Below, in pieces: positions 32,642 through 33,610 of a DNA stretch of 33,610 nt. The notes under the pieces were generated by a model that worked only from the letters and a program-made list of their open reading frames with translations, was not told the DNA's origin and searched no databases. The position numbers and the translations under genes were made by a program. The DNA lies in contig NC_068998.1 of NCBI RefSeq assembly GCF_001194135.2, positions 31,037,133 to 31,070,742 of the forward strand, read 5' to 3'. Numbering within the stretch: the first letter of the stretch is position 1; each line of letters begins with the position of its first letter. This stretch comes from Octopus bimaculoides (taxonomy: Eukaryota).

Positions 32642-32821
32642 ATGCAGAATATTAGCAGCCGAAATTTGGCAGAGCCGAAGAGTTGAGGGATAACCCTAAA
32701 GTATCACGTCAGGGTCACCACTTGTAAGAAGATTTCGAATTTATATGATTGCACTGGAAGGGTGCTACACAATTCCTTACATTAACAAAAATTATTCAGA
32801 ACAAGAAAGCATCCGAACATA

Positions 32822-32941
32822 AAACACTCTTTATTCTGGTATGTACAAAATGTACAGCTCGGGACAATCAGCAACCATGAACATTTAACACTCTTTGTCC
32901 TGGTATATACAAAATGTACAGCTTGGGACAATCAACAACCA
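32822..32941 (+). repeat. two-copy tandem repeat (~65-bp period) inside the LTR-like region
   Basis: aacactcttt.t.ctggtat.tacaaaatgtacagct.gggacaatca.caacca occurs twice. Confidence 0.9.
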
Positions 32942-33563
32942 CGTCTGGTGTAAAAGCAGTAAATTTGGAGTTAATCATTCTTTGTGAAAACAACTTCACA
33001 GAAACTCCAGTAACAAACAGAGCTGGTCAAATTCCAAGTGTCTGGGACAGGAGCGTAGGCGAACTGCTCATAAAAACACGTCTGCAATGTTCAGCGACTG
33101 CATCTCGAGTCAGACACGCAAAGGACAGGAGAGAAGTTTTTCCTGCTAGTTTTTTTGCGCATGCATGCTGAAGACTCTCAAGATGACATCACTACACTAT
33201 CTTCGTGGCCCTTCTCTTACCGCTACCCTCTTTTTACTTTCTCTTCCTCACCTCAGTTTCTTTGTTTAACCTTCTCCTCCCTTTCCTTTCTTCTTTCCTT
33301 TTTGCCTTTTCTTTTTCTTCATCCTTTTCTTAAACTTGCATATTTATACATATGCAAAGCTGATGTATGTATATGTCTTTGCATACAGTATATGTATTTT
33401 ATATGCATTTGCATATGTATAGATATGTGTGGATGTTTCTGTGTTTGTACGTAAATATAGTGCCATAATTGTGAGTATGTATGTAATTATATACATCTGT
33501 ATATTTACTTGTAAGCTGTATATTCGTTATTGAATTTTCTATTTATTTTCGCCCACACTAAGC

Positions 33564-33568
<5 letters not shown>

Positions 33569-33610
<42 letters not shown>
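33569..33610. repeat. (TA)n microsatellite
   Basis: Visible at the window end. Confidence 0.98.

Larger units (their letters stand above)
32125..33196 (-). mobile_element. internally deleted CsRN1-clade-like Gypsy LTR retrotransposon
   Basis: On the minus strand: LTR-like end ..cttaca (32723), ag, then PBS tggtgaccctgacgtgat (32720-32703; complement of the tRNA-Trp 3' end with 1 mismatch). A gag fragment follows, then the purine tract agggggctc and tgtagcg at 32369. Outer boundaries are uncertain. Confidence 0.75.

Noticed and set aside
32723-32779. 57-bp TGTAAG...CTTACA unit as a complete LTR
   Set aside because: It is too short and lacks the AATAAA, which lies further out near 32833. It is probably part of a longer LTR.
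1-33610. CRISPR array or prokaryotic defence system
   Set aside because: The DNA is eukaryotic and intron-containing. The repeats are microsatellites, TIRs or TE copies with no repeat-spacer periodicity.

Overview
AT-rich animal genomic scaffold with five N-gaps. It is most likely an octopus, inferred from the SINE families with (GAT)n tails, the dense microsatellites and the metazoan gene; this was not database-checked. The only well-supported host gene is coatomer subunit beta (COPB1) on the + strand. Four coding exons are present (18292-18382, 20148-20377, 21247-21416, 29975-30089; 202 codons, all flanking splice sites GT-AG) and the gene continues past the window end. A CpG-rich promoter-like region at about 6080-6430 probably drives COPB1 through a non-coding first exon, and possibly also a divergent minus-strand gene starting MAQ. 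Nearly everything else is transposon-derived: Helitron remnants, a Penelope-like insertion with a degenerate hammerhead ribozyme, a Merlin/IS1595-like fragment, mariner and maT remnants, CR1-type and RTE LINE fragments, a deleted CsRN1-clade Gypsy element, SINEs and palindromic MITEs. I see no evidence of a new multi-gene system. The most interesting signals are the hammerhead-bearing insertion, a 267-bp duplication bracketing a COPB1 exon, the candidate divergent gene, a foldback mariner built from two 5' ends, and a Gypsy derivative with non-matching LTRs.
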